This document shows, in pieces, positions 30,301 to 39,510 of a stretch of DNA of 64,000 nt (its first letter is position 1; each line of letters starts with the position of its first letter). The DNA comes from an uncultured bacterium (lineage in GTDB: Bacteria > Babelota > Babeliae > Babelales > Babelaceae), in the NCBI GenBank assembly GCA_963819815.1, contig CAWFXL010000001.1:224001-288000 (forward strand), read 5' to 3'. Below the pieces are notes generated by a model. It saw only the letters and a program-made list of their open reading frames with translations, was not told where the DNA came from and made no database searches. Made by a program: the position numbers and the translations under genes.

Positions 30301-31430
30301 TGGGCCTTACTGATAAGACAACACCACCGGCGAACTTTACCTTTACTACGGTTGGGGTAAATCAAACCTTTACCGATAAAGGTATTCCGCCAGTTGTGAT
30401 AAATAGTGCTAACGGCGGTCCGGGGACCGTTCCTCCTGGTACCTATACGATTACCGTAACAGATGCTAATGGTTGCGTATCTCCTTCTGTTACCGCAGAG
30501 GTTGAACAATTTGGGCCACCTATTGTTGATTTTGAAGTAGGTGAAGTGACTGCTAACGCTGGATCTGATGGTTCAATAACGATACATGCGGTGACCAACT
30601 TTGGTCCAGTTGTTGCGCCGGGCAAAATTACATTTAATGTTGGAAACGGGGCGACAACAGATACCGATGTACCTGGTACTGTTTCCATGCTTGATGCTGG
30701 CGTCTATGAAGTGACGGTAACAAACACTACAACAGGATGTCAATCTACCTTTGAAGTGGAAGTAACAGAACCAACACGAACAAGGATTGTCGGAACCATT
30801 TCAGTGGCTGCAACGACGGGCAGTAGCAATGGATGCTTGACGGTTCTTACCGAGTCAACTGCACCACTTCTTTACTCACTTATCTCAATTGAGGGAGAAA
30901 TAGACATAGAGGATCAGATTTCACCGCTCTTCTCAGGCTTGAAAAAAGGCTTCTATACCCTTAAGGTAAAACCAAGGTTTACAGGGACTACTCCTCCGCT
31001 TGGAGACACATTGCGTACTCCGCCTGCCATTGAACCGGATGGACAAGGTAATGAGGCTTTCGGTATTGGGGTTGTCGATGAAGCCTCTGCGATTACGGCA
31101 ACAGCGATAGTAACTCCTATCGATTGCAGTACCGGGCTCGGAGGCTCTATAACGGTAGTTGCCTCTGGTGGAGGTGCACCGTCAACGTGCAATTGTGCAG
31201 TAGGCTTATCGTTCTCGCTCAATGGAGGTGAATTCCAGTCATCTCCCGTGTTTAACAATGTTACTACGACAAATAATATAGTTACGATACAGGATGCTGA
31301 CTGTCATACCACCAGCATAGCTGTTACTGTTCCTATAGTACGGGTACCAAATAACAATCCGATATTTAATTTCTTGGCTAAATATTGCAAAAGTACAGGA
31401 AGTTGTGCTGTTGCTACTACTAAGCCATAA
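27351..31430 (+). CDS. Large exported Thr/Gly/Cys-rich beta-repeat protein (SprB-repeat-like adhesin) with KYC tail
   Basis: Signal peptide after AAGGAG; repeated C..GTITV...GG...Y.FS.DG...L.AGTY.V.V.D.NGC units; ends NNPIFNFLAKYCKSTGSC. Confidence 0.85.
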   Translation: MKKQLLLSLSAICYMMSSFAQGPLRISQIDVNPAICAAGGSSPTNTQILVVADGGVPFADGTYHYFLNGSPVFNTSGVFSVPLGTSINISVADSLTTLSGISLNNLGSDFTFYSVSIDPVTNCLVNNGAVTVVTEGTSRPVFTLASPATGHVNQPTGVFTGLPAEGVTITFFDELGKCTNPALGGNPNSVTVPIADFPVEIVNPSATGAPLEGVAPVCSGTSDGFLEFTIIGGNPPYLACLTPTIAEETQPSDPSRVCTLTDCGTCGTGFIGGLSSGTYTLSVSDANGCAATNNQLPVVIPSGKITIDTTTSTTTVTPCFNQANGTLEVNVDTIQAPTTVTITGPVTRTSSPQSTNPFIFANIPGGTYQVSATDGTNCAIASLTVPVSGPISFTYSTIDADKVVIAATRANVGQPTCSNKQGLIIIDSVFPNDGSVKFFSLDGHPFEEFQGTSTFQPPLEICADPGFHTLTLAFDDLGVCTSQTVTVFVGTSQITFTPVVTNAPCFNGSATTDSNFDGNGTIKVTGISGGTPDPITDLYSFSIGTAAGFITTDKTFTVPAGTYEVTIKDHNGFFSDPQIVTVEPQSEIILSFDVLTPISCPGSATGVITVTATGGSGSYFFSLDGTQGTFTTTPGTTFTSLPTAAGTYSLVAKDAVNGCFSRTQQLVLQDAAPMLITYTTSQSACNSTTSTGDISISNISGGLPPYTAIIDGLSFTTKFGPGTTNPFPTVITSNLAPGFHTLTIQDSNNPACSSPTIEFEIQPVVISIINPPKTTNLTCFNSNDGTITVNTEDVTGGTLFPPNSVTPFPHYEYSIGLGDFIDTGNATAPDSFTDLPAGIYPVTVMDANGCTSEQEFVVLTQPAPVTFSFDVTTPILCPGGTGTVTIFNPQGGSGTGFQFSIDGGTVFASFSNDPVTGKPTGKATLAAGTYTLVVTDSNACLSTIQELVLQDPQQMGVAFTTTPATCKTGNAGTIKITGVLDGNVGLTDKTTPPANFTFTTVGVNQTFTDKGIPPVVINSANGGPGTVPPGTYTITVTDANGCVSPSVTAEVEQFGPPIVDFEVGEVTANAGSDGSITIHAVTNFGPVVAPGKITFNVGNGATTDTDVPGTVSMLDAGVYEVTVTNTTTGCQSTFEVEVTEPTRTRIVGTISVAATTGSSNGCLTVLTESTAPLLYSLISIEGEIDIEDQISPLFSGLKKGFYTLKVKPRFTGTTPPLGDTLRTPPAIEPDGQGNEAFGIGVVDEASAITATAIVTPIDCSTGLGGSITVVASGGGAPSTCNCAVGLSFSLNGGEFQSSPVFNNVTTTNNIVTIQDADCHTTSIAVTVPIVRVPNNNPIFNFLAKYCKSTGSCAVATTKP

Positions 31431-31453
31431 TAGAATAAGAATATCATGAGAGC

Positions 31454-31486
31454 TGAGGGTCCGCATAGTCGGGCCCTCAACCTTTT
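31454..31486 (+). terminator. Rho-independent terminator
   Basis: TGAGGGTCCG-catagt-CGGGCCCTCA then short T run. Confidence 0.6.
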
Positions 31487-31544
31487 CTTGATTAGAATAT
31501 ACTAATGGCATATGCTTAGGGCTACGAATAGTGAGGATACCTCT

Positions 31545-32450
31545 ATGGATCTAACATTTAGTAGTAGTCAACATTTGAAGAACTTTCTTGCATCGCTTGA
31601 TATACGGCAGTCTTCTAAGCTTACGTATCAACGCCAATTAAAGGAGTTCTTTGGCTGGTGTAAGAGGAATACTATTCTTGCTTATGACCGTGAAGCACTG
31701 CTTGCCTATAAGCTTCATCTTTCTAAAGATCGCTCATTAGCAGCCTTTACGATATCGGGATACCTAACTGCTGTACGAAGATATTTTGAATGGCTTGAGG
31801 TCTACCACCAGCAACCTAATGTAGCGCGAGGTATAAAAGGTCCCAGTCGAAAAAGGGGCTTTAAAAAAGATTGCCTTACTATTGATCAAGTTAAAAAGAT
31901 GCTTACCTCTATCGATAGATCTTCATTGACTGGTAAACGTGACTTTGCGATGGTGAATCTGATGGTACGAACTGGATTGCGGACTATTGAGATTGCTCGT
32001 GCTCAGAGGGAAGATATTGCTCAGCAGGGTGGCGAGATTGTTCTCTTTATTCATGGAAAAGGTCGTGATTCAAAAGATGAGCTTGTTTTACTCACCCCTT
32101 TTACCTATGAACCGATTATGGAATATCTTACCGAGCGTGGCAGTATAAAACAGGAAGATCCTCTCTTTGCATCTCATAGCACCAAGAACTTTGGAAAAGC
32201 GCTGACCACACGTTCTGTATCACGAATCTGTAAGCATCATTTAAAGTGTAATAACCTCGATGATGCTCGTCTCACCGCTCATAGCTTGCGCCATACTGCA
32301 GTTACGTTGAGTCTCTTAGCAGGAGCAACACCCCAGGAAGCAAAGCTTATGGCGCGCCATGCTGATATAAACACGACACTTATTTATGCGCATAATATTA
32401 ACCGGATTAAGCAAGCACCAGAAAAGAAGATCGACGAAATTCTTGAGTGA
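31545..32450 (+). CDS. Tyrosine recombinase/integrase (Xer-like)
   Basis: RD.AM..LM.RTGLR..E, GKG..K, HSLRHT, ARHADINTT.IY catalytic set R-K-H-R-H-Y. Confidence 0.93.
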   Translation: MDLTFSSSQHLKNFLASLDIRQSSKLTYQRQLKEFFGWCKRNTILAYDREALLAYKLHLSKDRSLAAFTISGYLTAVRRYFEWLEVYHQQPNVARGIKGPSRKRGFKKDCLTIDQVKKMLTSIDRSSLTGKRDFAMVNLMVRTGLRTIEIARAQREDIAQQGGEIVLFIHGKGRDSKDELVLLTPFTYEPIMEYLTERGSIKQEDPLFASHSTKNFGKALTTRSVSRICKHHLKCNNLDDARLTAHSLRHTAVTLSLLAGATPQEAKLMARHADINTTLIYAHNINRIKQAPEKKIDEILE

Positions 32451-32457
32451 TCTTATG

Positions 32458-32479
32458 ATGTGTGAGCATGCTCACACAT
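32458..32479. repeat. Perfect 22-bp palindrome just after the integrase stop
   Basis: ATGTGTGAGCA TGCTCACACAT. Confidence 0.8.
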
Positions 32480-32641
32480 GACTCAGTTTTCCCAATGTTA
32501 GAGAGATGATTAATAGGGTCGATATCGATCTAGACGATGAACGAGGGACTCACTGGTAAAAGTTTGGCAGTATGATAATTTCTGTCAGTTTGGTACTCAC
32601 GATGTCTCGTATGTACTCTTCTTCGGAGTGTCTAGATAGGG

Positions 32642-33454
32642 TCACCAATTTAAATCTTTCTCGTAGCCAAGCTTAATTAATAGTTGTCCCGCAGCTTTCT
32701 TAAATACTTCTTTATCTTGTTTAGTAAAATAGTCTCTCCAAGATCCTATCTTGCCACTTCTAAAAGTGTTTGCATATGCACCTTTCTTGCCAAAAAGATT
32801 CTGTGCAATCTTCTGAGCTCTGTCTAATGAAATTGGATGATCTAGATGGTGAGCAATATTCATAATTTCTTGAATTTGTGCCTCTTTACTACCTCCGCCA
32901 TCAGGTCCAACCAACTTTTCAAATGTTGTGGTATAAAATAGGGGGTGATCAATCCAGCCCAGATATCTATCATAAAAATCAACGACCCCCATGAAAGGCT
33001 TTACTTTCTTGTCGAGCCACTTCATAGGAACTGAAGCGATTGAGGAAGTATCTAAAACCCAGGATTGAATAGCTTGACTAAACTCCATATGAGCTAGTTT
33101 GGGCCATTCGTGTGGATAGCGTCTTGCGTAATGTATCATTGAAATACATTGATCGCGAGGGTCTCTCAAAATAAAGACTCCTTTAAAGCCATTTTTTTCG
33201 ATGAGTCTTATGTTTGCTTCTGTACATACTGCATGCCCAACGAGAGATTCCGCCTGTACATCCTGATCACAGAGAATCGTATACGTCTTATGATGACCGA
33301 TCATTCCGATACCGGTAATTTCATAAATGCATTTCATAAGAAGGTGGGTTCCACATTTTGGTATGGAAGTTACAATGATCTTTGGAGAAGCAGTAGATGT
33401 CGAAAAAAGAACTATACCGAGCAAAAACACTCGTATTTGATTTTTAATGCCCAT
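32642..33454 (-). CDS. PAPS-dependent sulfotransferase-domain protein, exported
   Basis: SIPKCGTH (5'-PSB), LRDPRD..IS (3'-PB), FRSGKIGSWR..F; signal peptide. Confidence 0.88.
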   Translation of the reverse strand: MGIKNQIRVFLLGIVLFSTSTASPKIIVTSIPKCGTHLLMKCIYEITGIGMIGHHKTYTILCDQDVQAESLVGHAVCTEANIRLIEKNGFKGVFILRDPRDQCISMIHYARRYPHEWPKLAHMEFSQAIQSWVLDTSSIASVPMKWLDKKVKPFMGVVDFYDRYLGWIDHPLFYTTTFEKLVGPDGGGSKEAQIQEIMNIAHHLDHPISLDRAQKIAQNLFGKKGAYANTFRSGKIGSWRDYFTKQDKEVFKKAAGQLLIKLGYEKDLNW

Positions 33455-33623
33455 AAAAACCCTCTCTGTATTGATAATTTCTTCTGCATAGGTTAGCAAA
33501 ACAAAAAGATTACAGCGAACAAAATTGCCTGCAAATTAAAGTTGATCCGACGGTTAAAAACAAGCACCAATTAAGTTAGTGAAAGTCTTGGGAAAGGATA
33601 TCTTGAATGTCCTTCTTCCAGCC

Positions 33624-34823
33624 CTAGAGCTGTCTAAAGAGGGCATTATTTCCACGGGCAAGAATCTGCATCGGATTTTGGGTTGCTAAGAGTAGTGGTA
33701 GTTCTTTCAAAGCATCAGCAAAAGAGAGCGTGGTATGAGTGCCCGTAGTTTCACGTTGTTTACCTGCGTAAAGTAGATAGGTATGAGCTTCGGGGTAATC
33801 TTTAGAAAAAGCACGTAAGGGCTTAGTCAGCTTTGTTGTTTCTATAGGTGATGTCGTGAGAGAAAATGCATGGATACCTCGTGGTCCATGCAGAATAAAA
33901 GGTACTTCAGTACCGGCAAACGTTTGCCAGAAATGGAAGGTATAGCCAAGTGAATAATAGTCATTTATGGCACGCGCGGACTGCAAAAACAAAGTCTGCA
34001 ATGCCGCGCCTGCCATCTCTCCCTCACGATTATCAGATCCCATATAACGCAGGGCGTTATAGACACCTGTATCAAAAAAATAGAACTTATTGTGCGCTAT
34101 GATTTTCCTTTTTACGTTATGCGTAAAGGGGGTAATGCGGACTGCTAACAGGAGATCTTCAAGAAGATCAAAGTACCGTGATACCATAAGTCTATTTAAC
34201 GAAAGCTCTCGTGCTAACTCAGAAACGTTTAATACTGATCCTTGTGAAAAGCTTGCTCTCTCAAGAAAGCGGGTAAAGCCGCTTATATTTCTGGTAAGTC
34301 CTTGCTGAAGAACTTCTTCATAACTTCCTTGTTGTAGATAACTTGCCAAGTATGACGCAGCGTCAGGGTTGCCTATCGCTTCAGGGAGCAGCCCAGACTT
34401 TAGGAGCTGCGGTATTGCAATGGAGGTAGTAATTTCTTGGATAGTTAAGGGGTGCATTTGATAGGTAAGCACTTTTGCAAGAAGAGTATTTATTCCTTGC
34501 TTGCGAAGGCTTTGTGCACTAGATGCAGTAAGCAAAAAACGAATTTGCCGTTCTTTAATTAGACGCTCCACTTCATCAAGAAGTTGCGGAACCCGCTGTA
34601 CTTCATCTATGACAACCCAACCTTTAAAGTCTGGAGGGATGAGCGTCTCAAGGCGACTTGGTTGCGCCAAAAGAGGTCCATAAATACCAAACCCTTCAAG
34701 ATCAATATATAAACAATCGGGGAGCTTCTCTTTTACCCAGGTTGTTTTTCCTGTTCCACGAGGACCAAGTAAGAAGATACTATGGGGTCCTGCGAGGGGC
34801 AACGATAGAATTCTGTTGTACAT
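33624..34823 (-). CDS. AAA_14 + DUF4143 type ATPase (degenerate C-terminus)
   Basis: GPRGTGKT, VIDEVQRVP, KFYFFDTG. Confidence 0.87.
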   Translation of the reverse strand: MYNRILSLPLAGPHSIFLLGPRGTGKTTWVKEKLPDCLYIDLEGFGIYGPLLAQPSRLETLIPPDFKGWVVIDEVQRVPQLLDEVERLIKERQIRFLLTASSAQSLRKQGINTLLAKVLTYQMHPLTIQEITTSIAIPQLLKSGLLPEAIGNPDAASYLASYLQQGSYEEVLQQGLTRNISGFTRFLERASFSQGSVLNVSELARELSLNRLMVSRYFDLLEDLLLAVRITPFTHNVKRKIIAHNKFYFFDTGVYNALRYMGSDNREGEMAGAALQTLFLQSARAINDYYSLGYTFHFWQTFAGTEVPFILHGPRGIHAFSLTTSPIETTKLTKPLRAFSKDYPEAHTYLLYAGKQRETTGTHTTLSFADALKELPLLLATQNPMQILARGNNALFRQL

Positions 34824-35215
34824 ATAATCGTTTTTCCATAAAATTTGATCATCTTATGATCATAATTACATATTTTTAACAAGATGGCAAATTATAGCGT
34901 AGAGAGGGAAGTTTTGTACGTTACCTTTGAGTGAAGATCGAAATGCTTCGATTGTCTATACGAAGAAAGGGTAGTGAAATGAAAAGGAGCCGGGTGTGTT
35001 TGAGACAAATATGTGGCCAAAAAAATAAGGCTTACGCTACGTCAGGGTTCTCTTTGAGTGACATAAAAAAGTTTGTCTACAGTGAGGTGAGGGTGATGCT
35101 CGAAGGTACATGGTCAAGGAGCCTATAGATGATCTGTAGCGAAGGTGATACATGACAAAGAGACCGAGATCTGGCACGCTCATAAATGGCAGTATTTATG
35201 TTGTTGAGGTAAAAT

Positions 35216-36280
35216 ATGCAAATTCAGCTTATTCTCTCTTTTTCAGTATTGTGTGCATTGCTGAGTACTATTTCTGAGCTTCGAGCTGAGTTGACGAAAA
35301 GTCCCATCTATACGACGCAACCACGGTGGACTCAGGAGCTTGATCTTCCCTCCATAGAACAAGAATTACAAGAGGGTGATGTGGCATCTATGAAGCCGAT
35401 GTCGATCGTCCTTAGTGAGATGGGCAAAAAAGTAGATTTTGATAATGAGGTATTCTTGGTGGAGCTCAGGTCTGGTCTCAAGGGTGTCTTCAAGTCAGGA
35501 GATGATCGCTTTGCTGAAGTAGCTGCATATAGAGCCGATCAGTATCTTGGACAGCGCTTGGTCCCGCCGACGGTTTTTAGAACATTAGCGGGAAAAGAGG
35601 GCAGTCTTCAACTGTTCATCGAAACCGATATAGATCTTCTTGAAGATCCTTCACCTTTGTCTTGCGTTTCTGAACGTGAGCTGCTCCAGATGAAACTCTT
35701 CTCGTTTGTCTTTGGCCAATGGGATATTAATCTAGGAAACCGTCTTATTCAGAAGACCGAGGGTCGTTATTACCTTGTACTTATAGATAATGCCGGTATG
35801 TATAATCGACTACAGGTACGTTATGGTGAATATCCCTTTGTCCTCCGAGCATGGCGCTTAAGTGACTATCAGGAGGAGAAGCGCGCATTTCCCTTTGATG
35901 AGCCTCAAGAACTTCGTAATGCTTCCTGTGAAGATGCCAAGAAGCTGTTTAGAGATTTTTTTGAGCCTGAGGAGCTTGAACGCTTTTGCAAGAGAAATTG
36001 TCGGAGACTGAGGTATTGTATTTGGAATAATGCACTCTGGATCCAATATTTTGCTGATAATCCTGAATATACACCATCATACGTATCTGAGTATCCTCAA
36101 TACGATTTACAGGTCTATAAAAATCTTACAAGCGAGCACCTCATAGGCTTTTGGAATGAGCCATATGAGAGTTCCCAGCGTATTCATATTGAAAAGCTCA
36201 TAGCGGATACTCTTGAGCGTCGGGACCAACTTCTTGCAGCGCAGGAAATTCACGAAAAAGCCCATCTGATCATTTCTTAG
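35216..36280 (+). CDS. PI3/PI4-kinase-like (atypical kinase) protein, exported
   Basis: GVFK, EVAAY..D..LG..LVPPTV.R, GSLQLF, GQWDINLGN, LIDN; signal peptide. Confidence 0.75.
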   Translation: MQIQLILSFSVLCALLSTISELRAELTKSPIYTTQPRWTQELDLPSIEQELQEGDVASMKPMSIVLSEMGKKVDFDNEVFLVELRSGLKGVFKSGDDRFAEVAAYRADQYLGQRLVPPTVFRTLAGKEGSLQLFIETDIDLLEDPSPLSCVSERELLQMKLFSFVFGQWDINLGNRLIQKTEGRYYLVLIDNAGMYNRLQVRYGEYPFVLRAWRLSDYQEEKRAFPFDEPQELRNASCEDAKKLFRDFFEPEELERFCKRNCRRLRYCIWNNALWIQYFADNPEYTPSYVSEYPQYDLQVYKNLTSEHLIGFWNEPYESSQRIHIEKLIADTLERRDQLLAAQEIHEKAHLIIS

Positions 36281-36400
36281 ACCACTTCCTAGATCTCTTG
36301 CAAGAATTCAATTAGAAAAACTATTGAAAATAGTATTGCTTTTTTATTACAATGAAGGAGATAGAACTATAATATTCCTCTAAACTAAAAGGAGATTTCT

Positions 36401-36799
36401 ATGAACATCAAAAACACCCTAGTGGGTATGTTAATGATTATGTTGAGTACTGCAGCTGTTACACAATGCAGTGAAGGGAAAAAACAAGAGCAACGTGCTG
36501 AAGAAGCTAAAGCCCTGAAGCCAGGTAGAGGCTTAGGTATGGGACCTCTAGGTTTGAGAGCTCGAGCAATGGCTGCTGAAGCTGCCGCCAAAGGTAAAGA
36601 AGTAGAAGAAGAAGCAGTTGAAAAAGGAAAAGTAGCACTGTCAAAAGTAAAACAAGCTCCACCTCTTCCTCCAAAACGTGCAAAAAGAACAGCTGAAGCT
36701 CAAGCAGCTGCTGCAGCAGAAGAACCTGAACATGAAGAATCATGGGGCGAAATGTTAGCTCGTCATGGTGCAAGCGTTAATGAGCCATTTAGGTGCTGA
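36401..36799 (+). CDS. Array gene A1: small exported Ala/Glu/Lys-rich protein with PPLPPKR
   Basis: AAGGAG RBS; MNIKNTL leader; APPLPPKRAKR; ESWGEMLARH. Confidence 0.85.
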   Translation: MNIKNTLVGMLMIMLSTAAVTQCSEGKKQEQRAEEAKALKPGRGLGMGPLGLRARAMAAEAAAKGKEVEEEAVEKGKVALSKVKQAPPLPPKRAKRTAEAQAAAAAEEPEHEESWGEMLARHGASVNEPFRC

Positions 36800-36905
36800 T
36801 TAATCTGACTAACTGGATAGCTAAGTGAAAGTAAAGACTCAATAAGAAGGTCTAGGAATGCTAAAAAATATCCCTATCTTATTGATAACATTAAAGGAGA
36901 ATTCT

Positions 36906-37307
36906 ATGAACATCAAAAATACCCTCGTTGGTATGTTACTCATTATGTTAAGTACTGCAGTTGTTACGCAATGCAGTGAAGGAAAAATGCAAGAGAAAAA
37001 AGCTGAAGAAGCTAAAGCTCTCAAGCCAGGTAGAGGTTTAGGTATGGGACCTCTAGGCTTAAAAGCTAGAGCAATGGCAGCTGAAGCTGCTGCGAAAGAG
37101 GAAGAAGAAGCAGCACCTGAAAAAGGAAAAGTAGCTCCTTCAAAAGTAAAACAAGCTCCACCTCTTCCACCTAAACGTGCAAAAAGAACGGCTGAAGCTC
37201 AAGCGGCTCCTACAGCAGAAGAAGCTGAAGCTGAAGAATCATGGGGCGAAATGATGTCGCGTCATGCTGCAACGTTAGCGAGCCAATTTGGTCATTGGGT
37301 AGATTAA
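36906..37307 (+). CDS. Array gene A2: near-duplicate of A1
   Basis: Same leader, GRGLGMGPLGL, APPLPPKRAKR, ESWGEMMSRH. Confidence 0.85.
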   Translation: MNIKNTLVGMLLIMLSTAVVTQCSEGKMQEKKAEEAKALKPGRGLGMGPLGLKARAMAAEAAAKEEEEAAPEKGKVAPSKVKQAPPLPPKRAKRTAEAQAAPTAEEAEAEESWGEMMSRHAATLASQFGHWVD

Positions 37308-37407
37308 TCTGACCAACTGGACAGATACGTCAAAGTAAAGACTCAATAAGAAGGTCTACGAATGCTAAAAAATATCCCTATCTTATTGATTAATTAAAGG
37401 AGAATGT

Positions 37408-37971
37408 ATGAATATCAAAAATACCCTCATGGGTATGTTACTGATTATGTTGAGCACTGTAGCTCTTACCGAGTGTGGTAAAGGCGGGTGCAAAGGTGGT
37501 GTTTGTGCTCTAAAGCCTAACAAGCAGAAACAAGCCCAAATGATGCAGCGTGAACAAGCAGCAAAAGCCCAAGCACAAGCTCAAGCGCTACAAATGCAGG
37601 CAGCGCGTGCCAAGCAAGCTCAAATAAGGCAGGCAGCGCAAGCTCGTGGTGCTGAAGTTCGCGCAGGTATAAGGGCTAAAGCATTGGCTGCCAAAGAAGC
37701 GATGAAAGGTGCCGCTAAACCTACAGTAATGACTGCTACGCCCAAAGCGTCTGAATTAGCAAAAGCCAAAGGTATGATGGAAGCAAAAGCGGTGACTACC
37801 GAAGAGGCGAAAGCTGCGCTCGCTAGTGAAACTCCACCTCCACTTCCTCCAAAACGTGCAAGAAGAATAGCTGAAGCACCAGCAGCGCAAGAACAACCAG
37901 CTCCGCGTGGAGAAACGTGGGGAGAAATGTTTGCTCGTCATGGTGAAACGTTAATGGGTCATTCTGGGTAA
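37408..37971 (+). CDS. Array gene A3
   Basis: Same leader; CGKGGCKGGVC; Gln/Ala-rich; PPPLPPKRARR; ETWGEMFARH. Confidence 0.85.
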   Translation: MNIKNTLMGMLLIMLSTVALTECGKGGCKGGVCALKPNKQKQAQMMQREQAAKAQAQAQALQMQAARAKQAQIRQAAQARGAEVRAGIRAKALAAKEAMKGAAKPTVMTATPKASELAKAKGMMEAKAVTTEEAKAALASETPPPLPPKRARRIAEAPAAQEQPAPRGETWGEMFARHGETLMGHSG

Positions 37972-38073
37972 GAGTAATCTGACCAAACTGACAATTAAGT
38001 GAAATTAAAGACTCGAGGGTATATGAACTCAAAATACCCTCGTATCTTATTGATCCAGTAAAAGGAGAATGTT

Positions 38074-38574
38074 ATGAACATCAAAAATACCCTCATGGGC
38101 ATGTTGCTGATTATGCTGAGCAGTGCAGCTCTTACCGAATCTAGTCAAGGCAATGCCAGAGGTGCAAGCGCAGCTAGAATCACAGCCACTGCTTTGAGAG
38201 GCGCAACAATACGTGCTCGTACTGGGCAAGTTGCTGCTCCGCAAGAAGCCCAATCAGGGAGTGCCCAAGGTATGAAGGCTACAGCAGTCCCTGCTCAAGC
38301 AAGTGCTTCATCAACCATGGGATCTGAAAAGGCAGCATTAGGCAAGGCCGGAGAACCTATGATGCAAGCAAAAGTAGTAGTGCCAGAAGCTCAACAAGAA
38401 GCGATACCGGTGGCAAAAGAAAAACAGGCTCCACCTCTTCCTCCAAAACGTGCGAGAATGGTACCTGTAGCCCCTGCACCTGTGGTTGAACCACAAGCGG
38501 AACAACCAGCCCCGCGTGAAGACACCTCGGGAAGCTTGTTTGCGCGTCATATGAGTTATTTTTTTGGAGAATAA
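38074..38574 (+). CDS. Array gene A4
   Basis: Same leader; APPLPPKRARM; DTSGSLFARH. Confidence 0.85.
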   Translation: MNIKNTLMGMLLIMLSSAALTESSQGNARGASAARITATALRGATIRARTGQVAAPQEAQSGSAQGMKATAVPAQASASSTMGSEKAALGKAGEPMMQAKVVVPEAQQEAIPVAKEKQAPPLPPKRARMVPVAPAPVVEPQAEQPAPREDTSGSLFARHMSYFFGE

Positions 38575-38627
38575 TCTGAGCAAGCTGACAAATCAGTGAA
38601 AGTAAAACCTCAATAAAGGAGAAAATT

Positions 38628-39119
38628 ATGAACATTAAAAATACCCTAGGTATGTTATTAATTATGTTAAGTACTGTTGCTAGTACCCAGTGTGGTAAAG
38701 GCGGCTGTAAAGGCGGAAGTTGTCCGGCAAAGTCTGGTAAAAGCCAACATGCTCTCATGATGCAGCGTGTACAAGCGGCCAGAGCAATACAAGCTCAAGC
38801 GCAAGCTCGACAAATGCAAGTGGGTGGTAGTACCCAAGCTCAAACAAGGCAAGCAGAACCAACACGTGTAGGGGTACGTGCAGGTATGGGTGGTCGTGTA
38901 ATGCAAGTTCAAGCAAGGCCAGCATCAGCATCGACTTCAAGTTCTCGTTCAACCTATGGATCATTGCAATTAAGACCTGCAGGAACGGCGTCTGAACTAG
39001 GCAGAAGTACAAGTTCTAGTGCTACAACAGGAAGTACTCGAGGATCGTTAACTCAATCGAGAGAATCAACGGCATCTGAAGAGTCTGAATCAAGTGGTGC
39101 AGCTGAAAGCAAGGACTAA
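38628..39119 (+). CDS. Array gene A5
   Basis: Same leader; CGKGGCKGGSC as in A3; Ser-rich tail ending ESKD. Confidence 0.85.
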   Translation: MNIKNTLGMLLIMLSTVASTQCGKGGCKGGSCPAKSGKSQHALMMQRVQAARAIQAQAQARQMQVGGSTQAQTRQAEPTRVGVRAGMGGRVMQVQARPASASTSSSRSTYGSLQLRPAGTASELGRSTSSSATTGSTRGSLTQSRESTASEESESSGAAESKD

Positions 39120-39133
39120 GTTAGGAGTTTTTT

Positions 39134-39487
39134 ATGAATGTAAAACATATCTTAGTAGGTTTGTTACTGATCTTGATGAGCACGGAAGCTATTACGGAAT
39201 GTAATGGTGGTCGTTCAAGAAAAGCTCAACAACAGCAACAATGTACCGGAGAAAGCTGCTCATTAAAAGGTGGCAAGAAAGGGAAAGGTTATCGTGGCCG
39301 TCATATGAGACGCCATGGTAAGCGCCATGGAGGCTGGGGTATGAGAGGTCGTGGTACGCAAGGTCAAGGCATGAAAGTCCAAGCCGTGAAAGCCCAAGGC
39401 ACGAAAGCCAAAGCTACTGAGTCTACTGAGTCAGAAGAAGAAGAGTCTTCTACCGGCAACGAAGAAGCAGTTGAAAGTAAAGATTAA
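39134..39487 (+). CDS. Array gene A6
   Basis: Related leader ending ITEC; basic Arg/His/Gly middle; acidic tail ending ESKD. Confidence 0.8.
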   Translation: MNVKHILVGLLLILMSTEAITECNGGRSRKAQQQQQCTGESCSLKGGKKGKGYRGRHMRRHGKRHGGWGMRGRGTQGQGMKVQAVKAQGTKAKATESTESEEEESSTGNEEAVESKD

Positions 39488-39510
39488 TCATAATACTTAG
39501 GAGAATAACT

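Noticed and set aside
35175..35205. Chromosomal dif site
   Set aside because: CATAA...TTATGTT arms are spaced by 10 nt rather than 6, the XerD arm is incomplete, and the locus is near dnaA
36800..38627. CRISPR array
   Set aside because: Repeats are degenerate, separated by whole 400-560 bp genes, and no cas genes are present
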